A stretch of DNA of 64,000 bases from positions 682,001 to 746,000 of the forward strand of contig CM039002.1 in the NCBI GenBank assembly GCA_017499595.2, written 5' to 3'. This stretch comes from Psilocybe cubensis (Eukaryota). A model generated the notes under the pieces. That model was not told where the DNA came from and searched no databases. It saw only the letters and a program-made list of their open reading frames with translations. A program made the translations under genes and the position numbers. Of the stretch, positions 38,390 through 51,835 are shown piece by piece. Numbering within the stretch: the first letter of the stretch is position 1; every line of letters starts with the position of its first letter.

Positions 38390-40462
38390 GCTGAACGCTG
38401 CCTGTGGCTTTGAAGCACTCATTTCTCTGAAACCGAGAGTGCGGATCCGAATTGGATTGGGATATGGATGAATAAGTATTTAAAATTTTAAGCTTTTTGG
38501 TGGAGCGGTTAGAACTGAATGTGTCGGGGTTTTTCACTGACTTAAATTGCAATTTGGATGGGAGGATAATATATGAGAATTTCTGAGGGATGATGGGGGC
38601 GGCGATGACTACACGGGGTTTGTGGCCGTGGGCCTGAACGCCTTGTGGACACTCTCAACTGTCGTAGTATCGTGTTCTGAATTTGCTCCTATCTACTTAA
38701 CGGGTTGAATGGGCATGTCTGAATACAGGAAAAATTTATACAATTGTTGTAGGATATGCCTGATTTATCCTCTCGATGTATTACAGTGCTTTACATGTTT
38801 ATTTCTAGATTTCTGTACGGATAAACGGATAGCTGGGTGTGTCTATATATTGCGTTGAAACCAAATTCCAGTGAGCAATTATGTATCGGGAGATTATTTC
38901 AATTATTTAACATGTGCGAAACACACAAATGAAAGCGAGATGGGGAATCGGTCAATTAGAAATTAGGTGTCTTTTGCCTTTGGAATGCCGGGATTGCGAA
39001 GGACTGAATATTGAATATTGAGTAGTTGGTCCTGGATGCCTACAGATGGCCTACACTCTCCTCCTGGTGTTGTCAGGGGTACAGTGTGTCCTATGACCTG
39101 ATTTTATTTCTGTCTTTAAAATAATTCTTGGATCACTGTAACGAATCATGACTGACCAGTTGTTATTCTTGTTGGATGATCACTGCCAATACTTCCCCAT
39201 ACTTTTGGGTCATTTTATTTGGGGATGGGTACTTTGATTCAGAGGAGCTTGAGTCAGGCGGTGCCTCAGTTAAGACTTTTAAAAACTAAAGGCGTCTGAT
39301 GATACTACTAGATTTAGTGCATGGAACTTATGACTACAGATTGGACACTGAACCACGGACGGTCCACATATATATCATCTTGAATACCAGAGTTCTGGCT
39401 CCCTAGTACCGACTTATGGGTGTCGAATCTAAGTTTGAAAACGTCTTCAAAATGATACCGTGTTCCATGTTCCTTTGTCAGTGGAAAGACGGAAGAAATT
39501 AACGGATGTGATGGGAAGAGCTCCATATTTAATGCCATGACAGGTAACAATGTTATGAGGTATTTTTTGAATCTTAGCATGGGTCGTGTTATTTAGGCTA
39601 GATGTGGCGAGTTTTAACATCTCTCACTGCTACGCCTATGTGAAAAGGAGCGCTCTACTAGCGGCAGAAGGCTTTCAATCTAATTTGAGCTCACGACCGC
39701 CCAGATAGAGAGTTTGTCAGGCTCTGTCTAATGTGACTATAGATAAAGGGGGAGTTGTGTCTATTTAGTGTTTGGTACACGCTTTGTGCTTCTCCTGAAC
39801 GCAACCCTAATTTTGGCATACCTCCACTGTCAGACCCTTCATAGCAATCTTATCTTTTTAATTTTTGACAGCCTTGTCCACTACTGAGGTTGACGCGCTG
39901 TTTCGGCATGTAAACGTATTTCTTAACGAACTATAGCCGATCAGTTCTACCTGTTTGGTTGCCTTCTCGATGAGCAATGAATGATCATGAGAGTTCGGAA
40001 GAGGGTACCAGGTCCGCCGCCCTCACGTCGTTTAACCAGGAAAACATGAGTCGGCAGCCTTAGACAGCCAAACAATTATAACGACCAATAACCTGGCCCT
40101 GGGGCAAGCTATCCCAGGTTGATCCCTTTACAAATTACAGCATGCACTATGTCAACCGCCGTCAACAATAGGGTGTTTCCTGCACAAATTTGGTAGTTTT
40201 CCAAAGCGGGGAAAATTTAAATTCAATTTGATTTATTCATAGGCGGACTTGCGTACAAGTCACGCCCACTTATGAAGCAGGTCACGACTATGTTTTATCA
40301 GCAAAGTTTTGGCATTATAAAAGAGCGGAGGTTGTCTCATATGAACTCCAACAGCGAAAACTGCAGAACTACCATCTAAGAACCAATGTAAGTTTTACTG
40401 GTTTTTCCTATAGTCGCCCATACCAGGCTTCTCACGCTCGTACATAACTGCAGTCTCCAACC

Positions 40463-40914
40463 ATGTTAGCCGAATCCAGTGCTCCCGTAGATGCATGCCG
40501 CCAAGTTAAATGCCCGAAATGTGGGAAGATTACCTGGGCGGTAAGCAAGCTTTGTTTCGAGTCAGACACCAAGGATCGGATATAAGCTTCTTTGCTATTT
40601 TCGCATCCTTGTGTGGCTGCGGGTTACGAAGAAGTCTGGATTATTGAACCCTCTTTTTTGTTTGATGACAGGGTTGCGGCCAACACGTCGAAGCGGTACG
40701 TTCGTGCCCTCTTTTTACGCCATCACTCGAGCATTGCATCACCATGCGCCTCTGTGGCATATATCAATACATATGAGGGCGCTACTCGGGATGCAGACGG
40801 GGATTGCCTTGTCGAGTTCCTTGACGTATTCCGCCTTGATCTGATGATGGATCTTTATTCTAGGTCATGCAAACAGTCAAAGAAGAAGACAAATGTACCT
40901 GCCCGCGAAACTGA
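40463..40914 (+). CDS. Tiny conserved Cys-rich protein (~50 aa; CxxC...TWAGCGxH...CxC), 3 exons; start codon uncertain
   Basis: Exons ..40540, 40672-40695 and 40864-40914 splice to ...ACRQVKCPKCGKITWAGCGQHVEAVMQTVKEEDKCTCPRN*; absent from the ORF track. Confidence 0.8.
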
Positions 40915-41087
40915 GCGGCAGAATGGGGACTATAATGGAAGGGTGTCCGGGGTCACATAATGTCCCGATTAGGAAGGGACCTCATGATCTTCAGAATCTC
41001 GTAGTCCGAAACGATCTTTACCGTTACATACACTACATTTAACAAGCAAACATATTCCACACCCTACACTCACGCTCCCTCCATGCT

Positions 41088-43947
41088 ATGATGGATCCAC
41101 AACCTGTTCCCCGCCAGAGCAATGAACAGGACCCAAACTATATTTACGACCCCGAGGGCGATGTCCTCGTCACCACCAACTATGACGCCTATGTCGATGA
41201 GGGCAAGCCCATGATCAACGACTATGTCAGACATGCACGGGTCGGTGGCGGCCAGCATGGAGATGTTTATCTGTGCCAGAAGATCAACCACAAGCTCCCA
41301 GCCAACGATCCTGGCCGCCGTGTTGCAGTCGTAAGTTGCGCGTCGTTCTTAGATGGTCTTGTCCTTTGTTCCAATTGTTCCTTGTTCGTGATCGCAGGCT
41401 ATGAAATCGGTGAAGAGAAATAATCCTCGCGCAGAACAGTACAAGAGCCTTCGAAAGCAACGTATCCCATCGTCTCAGACTCACTTGCCCGTCGCGGACA
41501 GGTTGAACACAACAGAGGCAAAGATAAAGAGGGAAATCGCTATCATGAAGAAGCTGCGCCACCCGCATGTTGTTAGATTATTCGAGGTTATAGATGACAG
41601 GCTGCATGAGAAAATATATATGGGTATGTGTCTTCTTTTTCTTTTCGTGAAACGCGTCTATCGCGATGTGCACCTTTCATCTTTCTGGGGTCAATATATC
41701 CGGTCATCACCAATCTCAAATGCCTTTGATCTTTGCAGTTATGGAATATCTTGGAGGCGGAGAGGTGAAATGGCGCGATGAGCGTAATAACCCTGTTCTT
41801 ACTGTCGCCCAAACCCGTCGAATATTGCGAGACGCTGTTCTTGGCCTAGAATACCGTTCGTGATTATCTCTTGCCCCTATTTTTACACTTATTCACATCT
41901 AGCTCAGTACACTACCAGGGCATCATTCACCGTGATATTAAGCCAGCTAACCTTCTCTGGACGGAAGACCGACGCCAGGTCAAGATTGCTGATTTCGGTG
42001 TCTCACATTTCTCCTATGCCCAACGTCTAGCTGCAGCAGGAGGAAAAAATGTTGATAACGACCCAAGTGACCCTATTCTGCTAGATGAATCAGGCCTCAC
42101 CAGGCGTGCTGGAACACCCTCTTTTCTCGCTCCTGAGGTGATATACGAGCATACGAATGATGTCCCTGGTTCAATATCTCTCAATTCGACAGCACTGCAT
42201 TCTTCATCGTCTCTCGGTTCTATGTCACCCATTAGCCCAACCGACCGCCCAGAGATAACCAAGTCCATAGACGTTTGGGCCCTCGGTGTTACGCTCTACT
42301 GCCTGCTGTTTGGGACGACCCCTTTTGTGGCGAATCAGGGCTCACGCAGCACACATGGTTCTGAATTCTCTCTGTATATTTCCATTTGCAACGATGATTG
42401 GCCTGCCCCACCCCGTATTGGATTCGACAGGATTCCTTCAGGCGGCCGGCATCCAGATTCAGACACAGAAGGAGCAAGCATCATCCGCCTGCTAGATCAC
42501 TTTCTCCAAAAGGATTACCACAACCGCATAACCCTCGATGAAGTCAAGGTGCGCATTCCAAGCATATTCTACATGAAACTTCTTTTTTGAATTTCTCAAA
42601 CGCTGTTTACAGAGAAATTCGTGGGTGCTGACGGGCCTCGAAGATCCGGAACAGTGGCTCAAGATCACCTCCCCAAGAGCGAACACAAAGATCAATGTGT
42701 CGCAAAACGACACCTCGAACGCCATGTCAGCTGTGCGATTTCAGTGGCGGTGGGGCGGGAAGCTCGTGCGGCATGTTTCTTCGCTGTTCCGTCGCCCAGG
42801 TGGATCGTCGCGCATGTTGGTACCCCAACCAGTGCAGGAACCAGTGATCACTCCAACAAGAGTTGTTTCTGACCCTATGCATCGGCAGAGCTTGCTTATT
42901 ACTCAAAGGCCACCTGGCCCAGGGACTGCAGTCTCCAGCCCGCCGGCGCACCAGTTGACCCATGCAGCTGTACAGAAGCGGGACAAGGGCAAGCAAAAGG
43001 CGGAGCCATCAGCCGGCAGAACGTTGACGCGTGCATTGTCGAGGGGCGGGTCGAAGAGCCTGCGCTCGAGTTCGACGGAGCGTGAAATAACGTTGCGCGG
43101 AAGCTCAACGTCAGCGAGTCCGCTGCTGGGCTCCACGAACAAGGCGCGCCGTGGGTCAGACAGTCGGGTTCTCACACGCGGCGCGAGCGGATCCTCCGCT
43201 CCTGGACAACACTCGAGGCAGTCGACAGCAGGGACGAGCGCAGGAGAGAAGCGCAGCCGGTTCTGGTGGTGGAACAGCGCGTCCATATCGGCGTGGCGAC
43301 CAAATAAGTTTGCACCGCAGACGCCCACTGCTGTCGTGCCCGACTACGCGCCACAGACTGTGCATGCTCCGGGAGAGATTATCGTGCAGCAGCAAACGCC
43401 AAACACACGAAGGAGCGAGGAAGCGTTGAGCAAGTACCGCCCAACCGGTACAGAGGCCATTGTCGACAATGGTGCGCTGCTTACCGCCGCGCGTCGCGCG
43501 TCGAGTTGGGGCCACCCGGGGCAGAGCGATACCCCGAACATGGAGATCATCAACGTGCCGTCGATTGGGTATAACCTCAATGAGCATGATATGATTGTGG
43601 GTGCGGGTGGTGTGACGAACGCTGAGGCGGGGCCACTTGTGGTTCCGCTGGCTCAGATCGCAGGACCGTCGACACTTGTCATAGCGCAGCCATCGCAACC
43701 GCAGACGTTCGACGACCGCTATGGCCGACCTGTGTACGACGACGACGACTCGTCAATTGAGAGCTTGCCGGACGACAGTGGTAGTACTTGGCAGCGCGGC
43801 GGCGAGATGGATGATCTGATTGACCTCCACGATCCTGATCACGGCGACGAAGATGGAGACATACTCGAGGACACAAGCGATGATGAAGAGGAAGATAATG
43901 TAGTCACCTTTTCTCCTCGAAGACCAACATACAACAACAATAATTGA
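41088..43947 (+). CDS. Ser/Thr protein kinase, CaMKK/Ssp1/Sak1-like family
   Basis: INDY...VGGGQHGDV, VAVKSV-like lysine, REIAIMKKLRHPHVVRLFEVIDD, HRDIKPANLL, DFGVS, AGTPSFLAPE, DVWALGVTLYCLLFG; long disordered C-terminus. Confidence 0.9.
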
Positions 43948-44884
43948 GGACAAAACCATTGAGTTCTTTTTTTTCGTTCTCATTTCATTATCATCCATCC
44001 ATTGGTGGTTTCGCCATCATCATCATATACCTATCATATTATTTTTTGGAGACGCATCTTTCAACAACATCCATCCAAGCCACGGACTTCTGCGGACACT
44101 TTTGTGCACATCCATATACAACTCTCCCACTCAATACCACTTATAACCACCCTCTGCTTATTTATATTATATCGACCATCCTTCCAACCTCCACTCAATC
44201 CATTAACTTTCCCGAGCCAATGCCGACATCACATCTGCTCATGTATTTTTTGTTCTCCAGATTTTCTTCCTTATTCTCTTTTAATACCCCTTCCCCATAG
44301 AATCACTATACGTCCTTTCGACACCCGCAATTGAACTTTGTAGCTAGCCCATCCTGTATTGCTCCGCACCCTTCTCGACACTACACGGACACCCACCATT
44401 TAGACGGTAGCAGTAGTTATTAAGCTTCATTAGAATTAAAAGAGCCAAAAAGGGACGCTTTTTTGGAGGTGTCTTGCATTTTTGTACACTTGTACACTAG
44501 ATTACAATTATTGCACAAAAAAAAAACACAGCAATATTAAGTTAAGCCCGCTAGTGCAGGAAAAGCAAATCCCAAAAAGAATAGTATGTATCTGAGTGTA
44601 TAATGAACATGATAGGTCGTGAACGGTTGAAAAGGGAATAAAATAAGGGGAAATGTTGAATTACTGTGGGAGAATGGTATGTAGGATGATGAACGGCAAT
44701 CAGTAAAGTGTTGAGTGCTGAGTGGAGGTGAGGAAGGAGGGAGAGGAGGCGTTTGAGTAGGTTGGTGATTATAAATTAGCGAGTGACTATCCTGGAGAGA
44801 GAAAGCATAATACAGAGTAAGCATGGTGCCCAAAAAAGTGAACAATGTAAAACCAGCGGTTGTAGGAGGTCTCTATATCTTATC

Positions 44885-47850
44885 TTATGTCGGCCATCCT
44901 CGTGCGTATCTCGCAGCTCCGCCAGTGAGACGTCGAATAATCTCCAACACGGCCGTGGTCCCATCAGCTGTATCACCTGGCATTGCATTGAAGCTGTTCC
45001 ACGCAGCCCTATCCGCATACGTGACGCCACCAGCAATTGCGGCTTGTGGCATCACATACGGTGACACCGCAAGCACAGCAAGTGCGCCTACACCCAGGTA
45101 TGTGATCATCTGGCTGGTAGTAGGAGCAGCGGCAGAGATATTCTTGTCGCCGTACACATAGGTGTTGTAGATGTTGTAGAACCTGTTGCGCCGCGGCTTT
45201 GGGTCCTTAGGAGCAGCATTCTTTTCGGAGGCTTCAATCATCTTGTCAATGACGCTGCACTCCACACCGAGCTCTTGCTTGAGCGCCTTCCACTCCTCGA
45301 TGGCCTCGGGCGATACGCCACCTGGGATGGGCTCGAAGGGTATCTTTGCACCGTGGTGCCATTCTTTCAGCGTAGCTTCAGCAGCCAACCGCCATTTTCG
45401 TTCCTCTTTGTCCGCATCTGCGACTTGATTATACGCGGGTGGTTCGTCGAGATGGTCGAGAGGTTTGGTAGTGGGTTTGGGCGTAGGCGGGACGATGGTG
45501 GAGGATGAGGAGGCCATGCTCTCGTCGTGAGAAGGCGATGGTGACCTTGAAGGTTCTTCAGTTGCTTCCTCGGTTTGAATTTCCATTTCGACGGTTATTC
45601 GAGGCGGAGGAACAGGAGCGGGTTTGGGAGCGGGTATTTCGTCCGTTTGAATGCTGAACGATGCTTTGAGGGGTTTCCTTTCCGGTTCCGTTTGAACGCC
45701 ATGATTGACAGCAAACTCTGTAGGGTCATATTGAGTTCCAAAATCAGAATATTCTTTCATTTCTTCGAAAGTAGGCCTCATCGAGGGAACTATGTTCGCA
45801 GCACGACTTGCAACCTTCTGCTCGCGAAAAAAAAGGTAAGTGTTTATATATTTAGTAGAAAAAAAAAATAACAAACTCTTTTCCTCTTTGTGATGATCGT
45901 CTGGATGACATCTTCATCCTCGTCTTCTTCCGTTTCTTCTTCTTCTACGACGGTATTCTCCCCGCTGTGGTAATCTTCTGGCTCTGGAGATTCTTCCGGG
46001 TCCATACTCCATTTAATGTTGGCAAGTTCCGCACCAAGGCTCTTCGACATGGTGCTAGGTCCACTAGGCACGTTGCTACCACTAGGCCCAATAGATGACA
46101 TAGAATTCCGCAATTCATCCATATCAAACCGCATCCTGTCAATGGTCTCCTTCAGGAGCATATTTTCCTGCTTTTGCTCATCGAGTTGGGTATGAGCTTC
46201 GAGAGCAGCAGATAGCTCGATCTCAAGCTGTGCGATGCGATCCTCATAGGTTTCATGCTCCTTTATCCATTTTCCGGTTTCGATTTCGTGCAGTGAGACG
46301 GCGTCTTTCAAAGAACGGATGGTTTCTTCCCTCTTCCTCAATTCGTCGCGGTATCTTTCAGAGGCAGCTAAGATAATTTTTTTAGCGTCGCCGCAGTCAA
46401 CTATTTTAGAAAAACTAACCGCATTGCTCCTGATATTGGCGTTGCAGACTACTGTATGTTGCTTTTGCGCTATCCAAAGCTTTTTGCACTTTGGCGACTT
46501 CGGCTTCAAGGGCAGCAATTTGGGTCATGTTTCGCGACTAAAAAGGATAAGGTCAGTTACATGTTCACAGAGGAACATAAAAATAACACGTACATCTTTT
46601 GCCCTTAATTCTTTCTCCTCTCGATTGGAAGCACTTAACTCGCTCCGCAATTCCTCCAGACGCTGGTGTGTCTCTTCCAGTTCCAGCTCATGCTCGGCAA
46701 GCTTGTTTTGCAGAGTTGTCTCGAGCTCAACAACTTTACGGCCAAGCTGGTCATTCGTCCTCGTTAAAGCTTCTATCCGTTCGCTAACTTCCATGGACAC
46801 TGTGGAAAGGGCGATAGAGCGGTCGTGAACCAGACCTGCATCGATGTCATCCTCATCTGAATCATCTCCTGAACGAGGCATTGGGAGAGTCGATATGGCA
46901 TTGTCAAAGGAATCATTGTAATCGAAACCATAGTGCGGAGGACGTTTGACAGTGTCATCCGGAGAGGAGTAGCCGTCAAAAAGTCCTGTGGCGTAGGCAT
47001 TTTGTGGTTGAGAATGGGCACGAGAATGTGGGCGTGATCGACGTCCAACGGGCGAGCCAGGAGAAAAATTCAGTTCCATCTGACCACTGGAAGGCGAAGC
47101 GGGGTTAGAAGGTGTCCTGGCCCTGTCGCGAGGCGTTCGACCCCATGCCACTGGCGGGCCCGACTGTATAATATGACGTGCTTAATTAATTGGAAGTCCG
47201 GAGGTGACATGGAAGCTACGTACCTCTGAATCACTACGATTTCCAGCATCACTTTTTCTGCGGCCTGCAGGCGTGGGACGCTTTGCCCAGCTTGAAGGGG
47301 CAGTGTTGAGTGGGGTAGACCGTTGTCGTCGGTCGGAATCCAGAGGTGACTTTATCCCAGGAGTCGTTGGGCCTCGAGAAGGTGGACGACTATGAGGACT
47401 TGGACGATAAGATGTCCCCGTCGATTCATTGCTTATGGTTCTGGTATGCCCATAGCTATCTCGTTCGTCTTCACTACTATGACCTTCGTGCATTGGGCTT
47501 TGAGGTGGTGTGATGGCCTTTGTCTTTTCCGCTACAAGTTGAAGAAGAAGAGGAGGGGTAACTTGGATGCCTTTATGATTACTGACGAGCTCCCGTAGCA
47601 TGGCCGTTTCTTCATCGGAAAGTAAAGGAGTTCCATTGTATAAATCGGCAAAGATATCCAAGATTGAGAACACGCTGTCCCCTGGCACCGATGGCTCTCC
47701 TTGGTCGTTTGTTGTGCAGTCCGGATGCTCTTCAAAGACTCGAAAAAGCTCTCTTTCGATATCCGCTACTGATTGTCTGTTTCTTCCAAACTGTTTATCC
47801 TACGACAATATGAGTGGACTGCAAAGATACAGCAGCGTTTTACTCACCAT
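44885..47850 (-). CDS. Coiled-coil protein with EF-hand-like N-terminus and single C-terminal TM segment (KASH/Kms1-like candidate)
   Basis: ORFs 47182-47688, 46525-47151, 45844-46518 and 44885-45874 join through introns; first coding exon is only ATG (47850-47848); heptad-rich middle; TM ITYLGVGALAVLAVSPYV; ends RGWPT*. Confidence 0.75.
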
Positions 47851-48093
47851 AATTCTTTCCTGCTAATGGTGGAAAAGCAAGAAGGGTATCGCATTTAATG
47901 CCACAATGGTAGCGTAGGTGAACAATGCTTGATTTCCAACAGTGCCTTGTGTTGATGCCTGTTTATCAACCAGGTACACGTGATGGTGTGTCCACATGGC
48001 TTGCATCAGCCGAGCCCCGGTCCCGACTTGCAAAGTTTCTCAACTGATCCCCATAGTTTGCCCCTCCGAAATAAATCTGTCTTGACCTCCACT

Positions 48094-48884
48094 ATGGACG
48101 AAGCCGGTGATACAACTCCACGGGTAGTGGAAAAACTGGACGTCGAGGACGAAGAGGATAGACAAGCTAGAATCCGTATGCTTGGACCCACCCAAGCTTA
48201 TTGTTTGCAGCAGCTGATCATGTATCGTACTCCCCAGAATCATACCTTGAAAAACTGAATGCATCTTCTCAGACGAGGAACTTTACGCGTCCATCTGGTA
48301 TTCCTGAGTTTAAATTCGATTTTGGTGACAGGACAACGTTTCCTGTCGTGCCTAATACAGAGCGTGTGTTTTTCCATACGTTTCAAATGCTCCGCGAATC
48401 AAGTTGACCTTCTTGCCAGTTCTGTCTCGCGTGCAGGCGTTCCTTCCTCAACTTGAGGCATCGAACGCAATCCTAACTCAGCGCGCCCAAGAAGACCCAA
48501 GCAGTGTTGATATTGAGCATATTCCAGAGGGCATGGACCAATACATCGAGATGGTACACGCATAACTTTCATTCATCAGCTGTAATTACATTCTGACCTA
48601 TACAGAATCTGGGTCTTGGAGTGTTTGAAGATCGGTCTCACATTGCGAATCAGGGTGATGAAGACTCCGAAATGTCCACATCCTCTTCCTCATCATCCGA
48701 ATCTTCAGACAAGGCGCGTGATAACGACGACGATGATGATTCGGACGCGGACTCGGACGAATCCTCTGAAATCATAACCTCCTTCGTACCTTCCAGGCCC
48801 ATTAAACCTCTTCCCAGACGCGCCTCGACCAAGCCAAACCCTGGTATTGTTGTCCTAGACGAACAGCCGCAATCTCAATCTTAA
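48094..48884 (+). CDS. DUF4598 / NOPCHAP1 (C12orf45)-like protein
   Basis: LLSRVQAFLPQLEASN...DIEH...QYIEM|NLGLGVFE followed by an acidic Ser-rich tail; 4 exons. Confidence 0.75.
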
Positions 48885-49431
48885 GTATTTTACGTCTGTA
48901 TTTTGTATCTGTGCCTTTCTATCCCGCGAAAAGTACACAACAAACTGCAAATACGTGGTCCTATTCGCAGCCTTTCGCTATATACTGCCGATTCTTCGCT
49001 CTTGGTTTTTTCTGTATTTGATAGACGTTGTATTCGGTTTCCATCGTTTCTTATCTGCTTCTGGGTCATGTGTAGTTGTATGATTTACCAATTGCCTCCC
49101 CCACGAAATCACAAAACAGGAATCTCCGGTAGTCGGGACGATCCCCGTAAATTGGTCAAACTGTTGGGGAGAATAAGATGCCTAACTTCAAATGGTTTCT
49201 AGAGCTGTTCTGGAAAAAGTCCAGTGCACACAATCAATGGGATTTAACTTCATATGCCTGTTCAAATGTCTCACACACACCAAACCCACACTTAGAGTTA
49301 TATCCAAACGACAAAAAAAACTCGAAATTTTAAGAATAACGAAATCGAACGAACAAGGAACGAAAAATCGATCCAAAATGCTTGAATACAAAGTGACACC
49401 GGAGTGTGGAGAAATCGAAAAAATTGAAAAT

Positions 49432-50792
49432 CTAGCCAGATTGGTACAAAGCAGGGCCCGCGACAATATGGTCATTCAGCATCGACATGTTGGAGGGGGT
49501 GATGGTAACATTAGCGTCGGTGACGGCGATAAACCTGACGGGAAAGTAAATGGATATTAGTTATTAATGTCTTGCACCAAACATGAAGGCAACGTACATA
49601 GTGCCGTTGATGATAGGCGCCGTATCGTTGCCAAACACGTTGCCTCCGGGCTGGTAGGTCTGTCCGCTACTTCCGTTGATATTGACGAGCTCCGAGTAAG
49701 TGACGTTGAGCTGGGAAATCCAGGCGACAAACTGAGAGTTGGAATCGAGGAAAATGTTAACCAACGGTACCAAGAATGAGGAAAATGAAATTACTACGTA
49801 CCGCTGGAGAACCTGCTGTTGTGTTCGTCACGTAACTGTTGTTGTAGCTGACATTTTGACCGGGAGCATCCCAAGTCAAGAAAACTTCTCGCCCAGGATA
49901 GGAGAGGGGATCGCTGCGATTATGGGTGATAGCAGGGGTGGTGTCATTGCCAATAATAGACGTGTTATACAGAGGAGTAGCATCAGGGTTATTCTGAATT
50001 CGAGTTCGGATGAGCAGATGAGCTTCTGGGTCATAATGCGCAAGAAAAAGAACGTACGCTGATGTTCAGGGCAGGGAAGTTTGTCCACTCGATGCGCGGG
50101 TTTTCAGCAGGGCAGCTGACAATGTAGGGTGCGAGCAGTGTCCACGCCATTGACTGCGAAATCCCTGTCTCAAACCACACAGGCATGGGGAACAACCCCT
50201 CAAACTGTCTGAAAATCATTTGCTGCCTCGCCTCCGTTGTGATAGATTGCAGCAACAACTGCGCCGCATCGCGCGAGTTCAAATGCTCCAGGAAACCATA
50301 CACACCAGATTCACCGAAGCGCGTGAGTTTCTGACAGAAGTCGACGTACTCGCGTACGGTATTGAACGGATACTGATAAGTACACTGCTTCGCTGCATTG
50401 GCCCCAAGAATGTTGGTGAGAAGTTCTGCATGCCCCTTTTCTTGCTCAGCCATGAATTGGATGAGGTACCGGTCTTCAGCGTTCAACCCGGCAGCTTCAA
50501 ACTCTTCCACTGAGAATCGTGCAAGACCATAGTGAAACAGGTCGAGCTCAATCCACTCCTGGTTAAGAGCCAAGTTCTGAAGAGTTTTAAATGGTAAAAG
50601 TTGAGCGTACTGGTTTAAAAACAGAGGGAGAAAGAAGGCGAAAGGACTGACAATAGATTGGAAGTCGAAATCACTCAGCGGGTGATAATAAGGTATGCTT
50701 CCATTGGTACCAATCCCACCGGAGGGCGTAGGAACTGCAAGAGCAGCACTTGCAAGAGAGAGAAGGCCTCCGAGTATTTTTGAGAATTTCAT
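49432..50792 (-). CDS. Rds1-like secreted ferritin-like domain protein
   Basis: Signal peptide; SDFDFQSLNLALNQEWIELDLF, MAEQEKGHA, LTRFGESGVYGFL, ITTEARQQMIFRQFEGLFPMP; C-terminal AGPALYQSG*. Confidence 0.88.
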
Positions 50793-51835
50793 GCTGAAGA
50801 CTTGTGACGGAACCCGGAGAGGTATGTGTATGTTGAAGCGAGCAGGAGTTCCTTATGAAAGCTAGAATTGAATCTTTTCATGTTTTTAAACCCTCTCAGA
50901 CCGATTAGGAGATAATGTTTGAGTTGGGATAATAGTAAACTCGCTCGGAAAGCTCGGTAGCACTGATGACGGAGGAGTCTCAGTCAGTGGTGGAGATCGA
51001 ATGGCAAGCCGAACTCGCTTCTCTGTTTGTTGCTACAGCCAGAATCAACAATCGAGAGGAATACGATGTCTCGGAGCTTAGTGTGTATGTGGATACTCGA
51101 TGGGTTCCGCCTGGTGTAGTACGATCGCTCTTGGGGCCGAAGAATATAACTGAGGTTGCCGACTAGTTATGCCTCGGCCCTTCAAAGGTCTTTAGATGAT
51201 TCAGACTCCAGTAGCTGTCTTTAATTGAATTCAGACTGGTAGAATCTGAGCGACCAAAAGGAATACAAGATTCCGTACATATCATACTGTGTAACGAACT
51301 TGTGGACACCAGTTATCGACGGGAGAGTTGGGTTTAAGTTGGAAAGTAGTGGCAAAGGCATGACCATTGACCAACGACACAACACGGTGTTTGCCGGTGT
51401 CGGAGTGTCAATTATGACGTGCCGTACAACATGTGCCCATACTTGAACAACTTTGGTATCTTTTCAAGATGTGGCCGTTACAACGCGGTGCTCAAAGCAA
51501 ATACTAGCCCTATATTCAAAGGGCCATCGTTCTTTTATTAATCCTTAATGGACCGTCTTCTTGTAAAGAGAAGGCCAACGTGACGCTGAATTCAGCCACA
51601 CATAAGGTCCTTCACATCATCCTGTACCCCAATCGAGCTGTTTGGTGGCCTTGGCCACCGCTTTGGAATGCGTATAACTCGCATTGTAAGTATTGCGCAT
51701 TGAATCTGTGGAGGCTTATATACACGCCAGCGCTCGACATCTTCGAATCACTATCCTTTCTGCCTTGCCTCTAAGCGTCTCATTGCCATTTAATTCTTAC
51801 CCAAGCTTTCAAATCGCTACTCTCTGATATTAAAC

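Noticed and set aside
39314-39580. 88-aa minus-strand ORF with a mildly hydrophobic N-terminus
   Set aside because: No motif, paralogue or convincing splice structure; too weak to call.
49860-49990. Apparent frameshift in Rds1 suggested by the fragmented ORF track
   Set aside because: Manual translation after the intron gives a continuous frame (NRSDPLSYPGREVFLTWDAPG).
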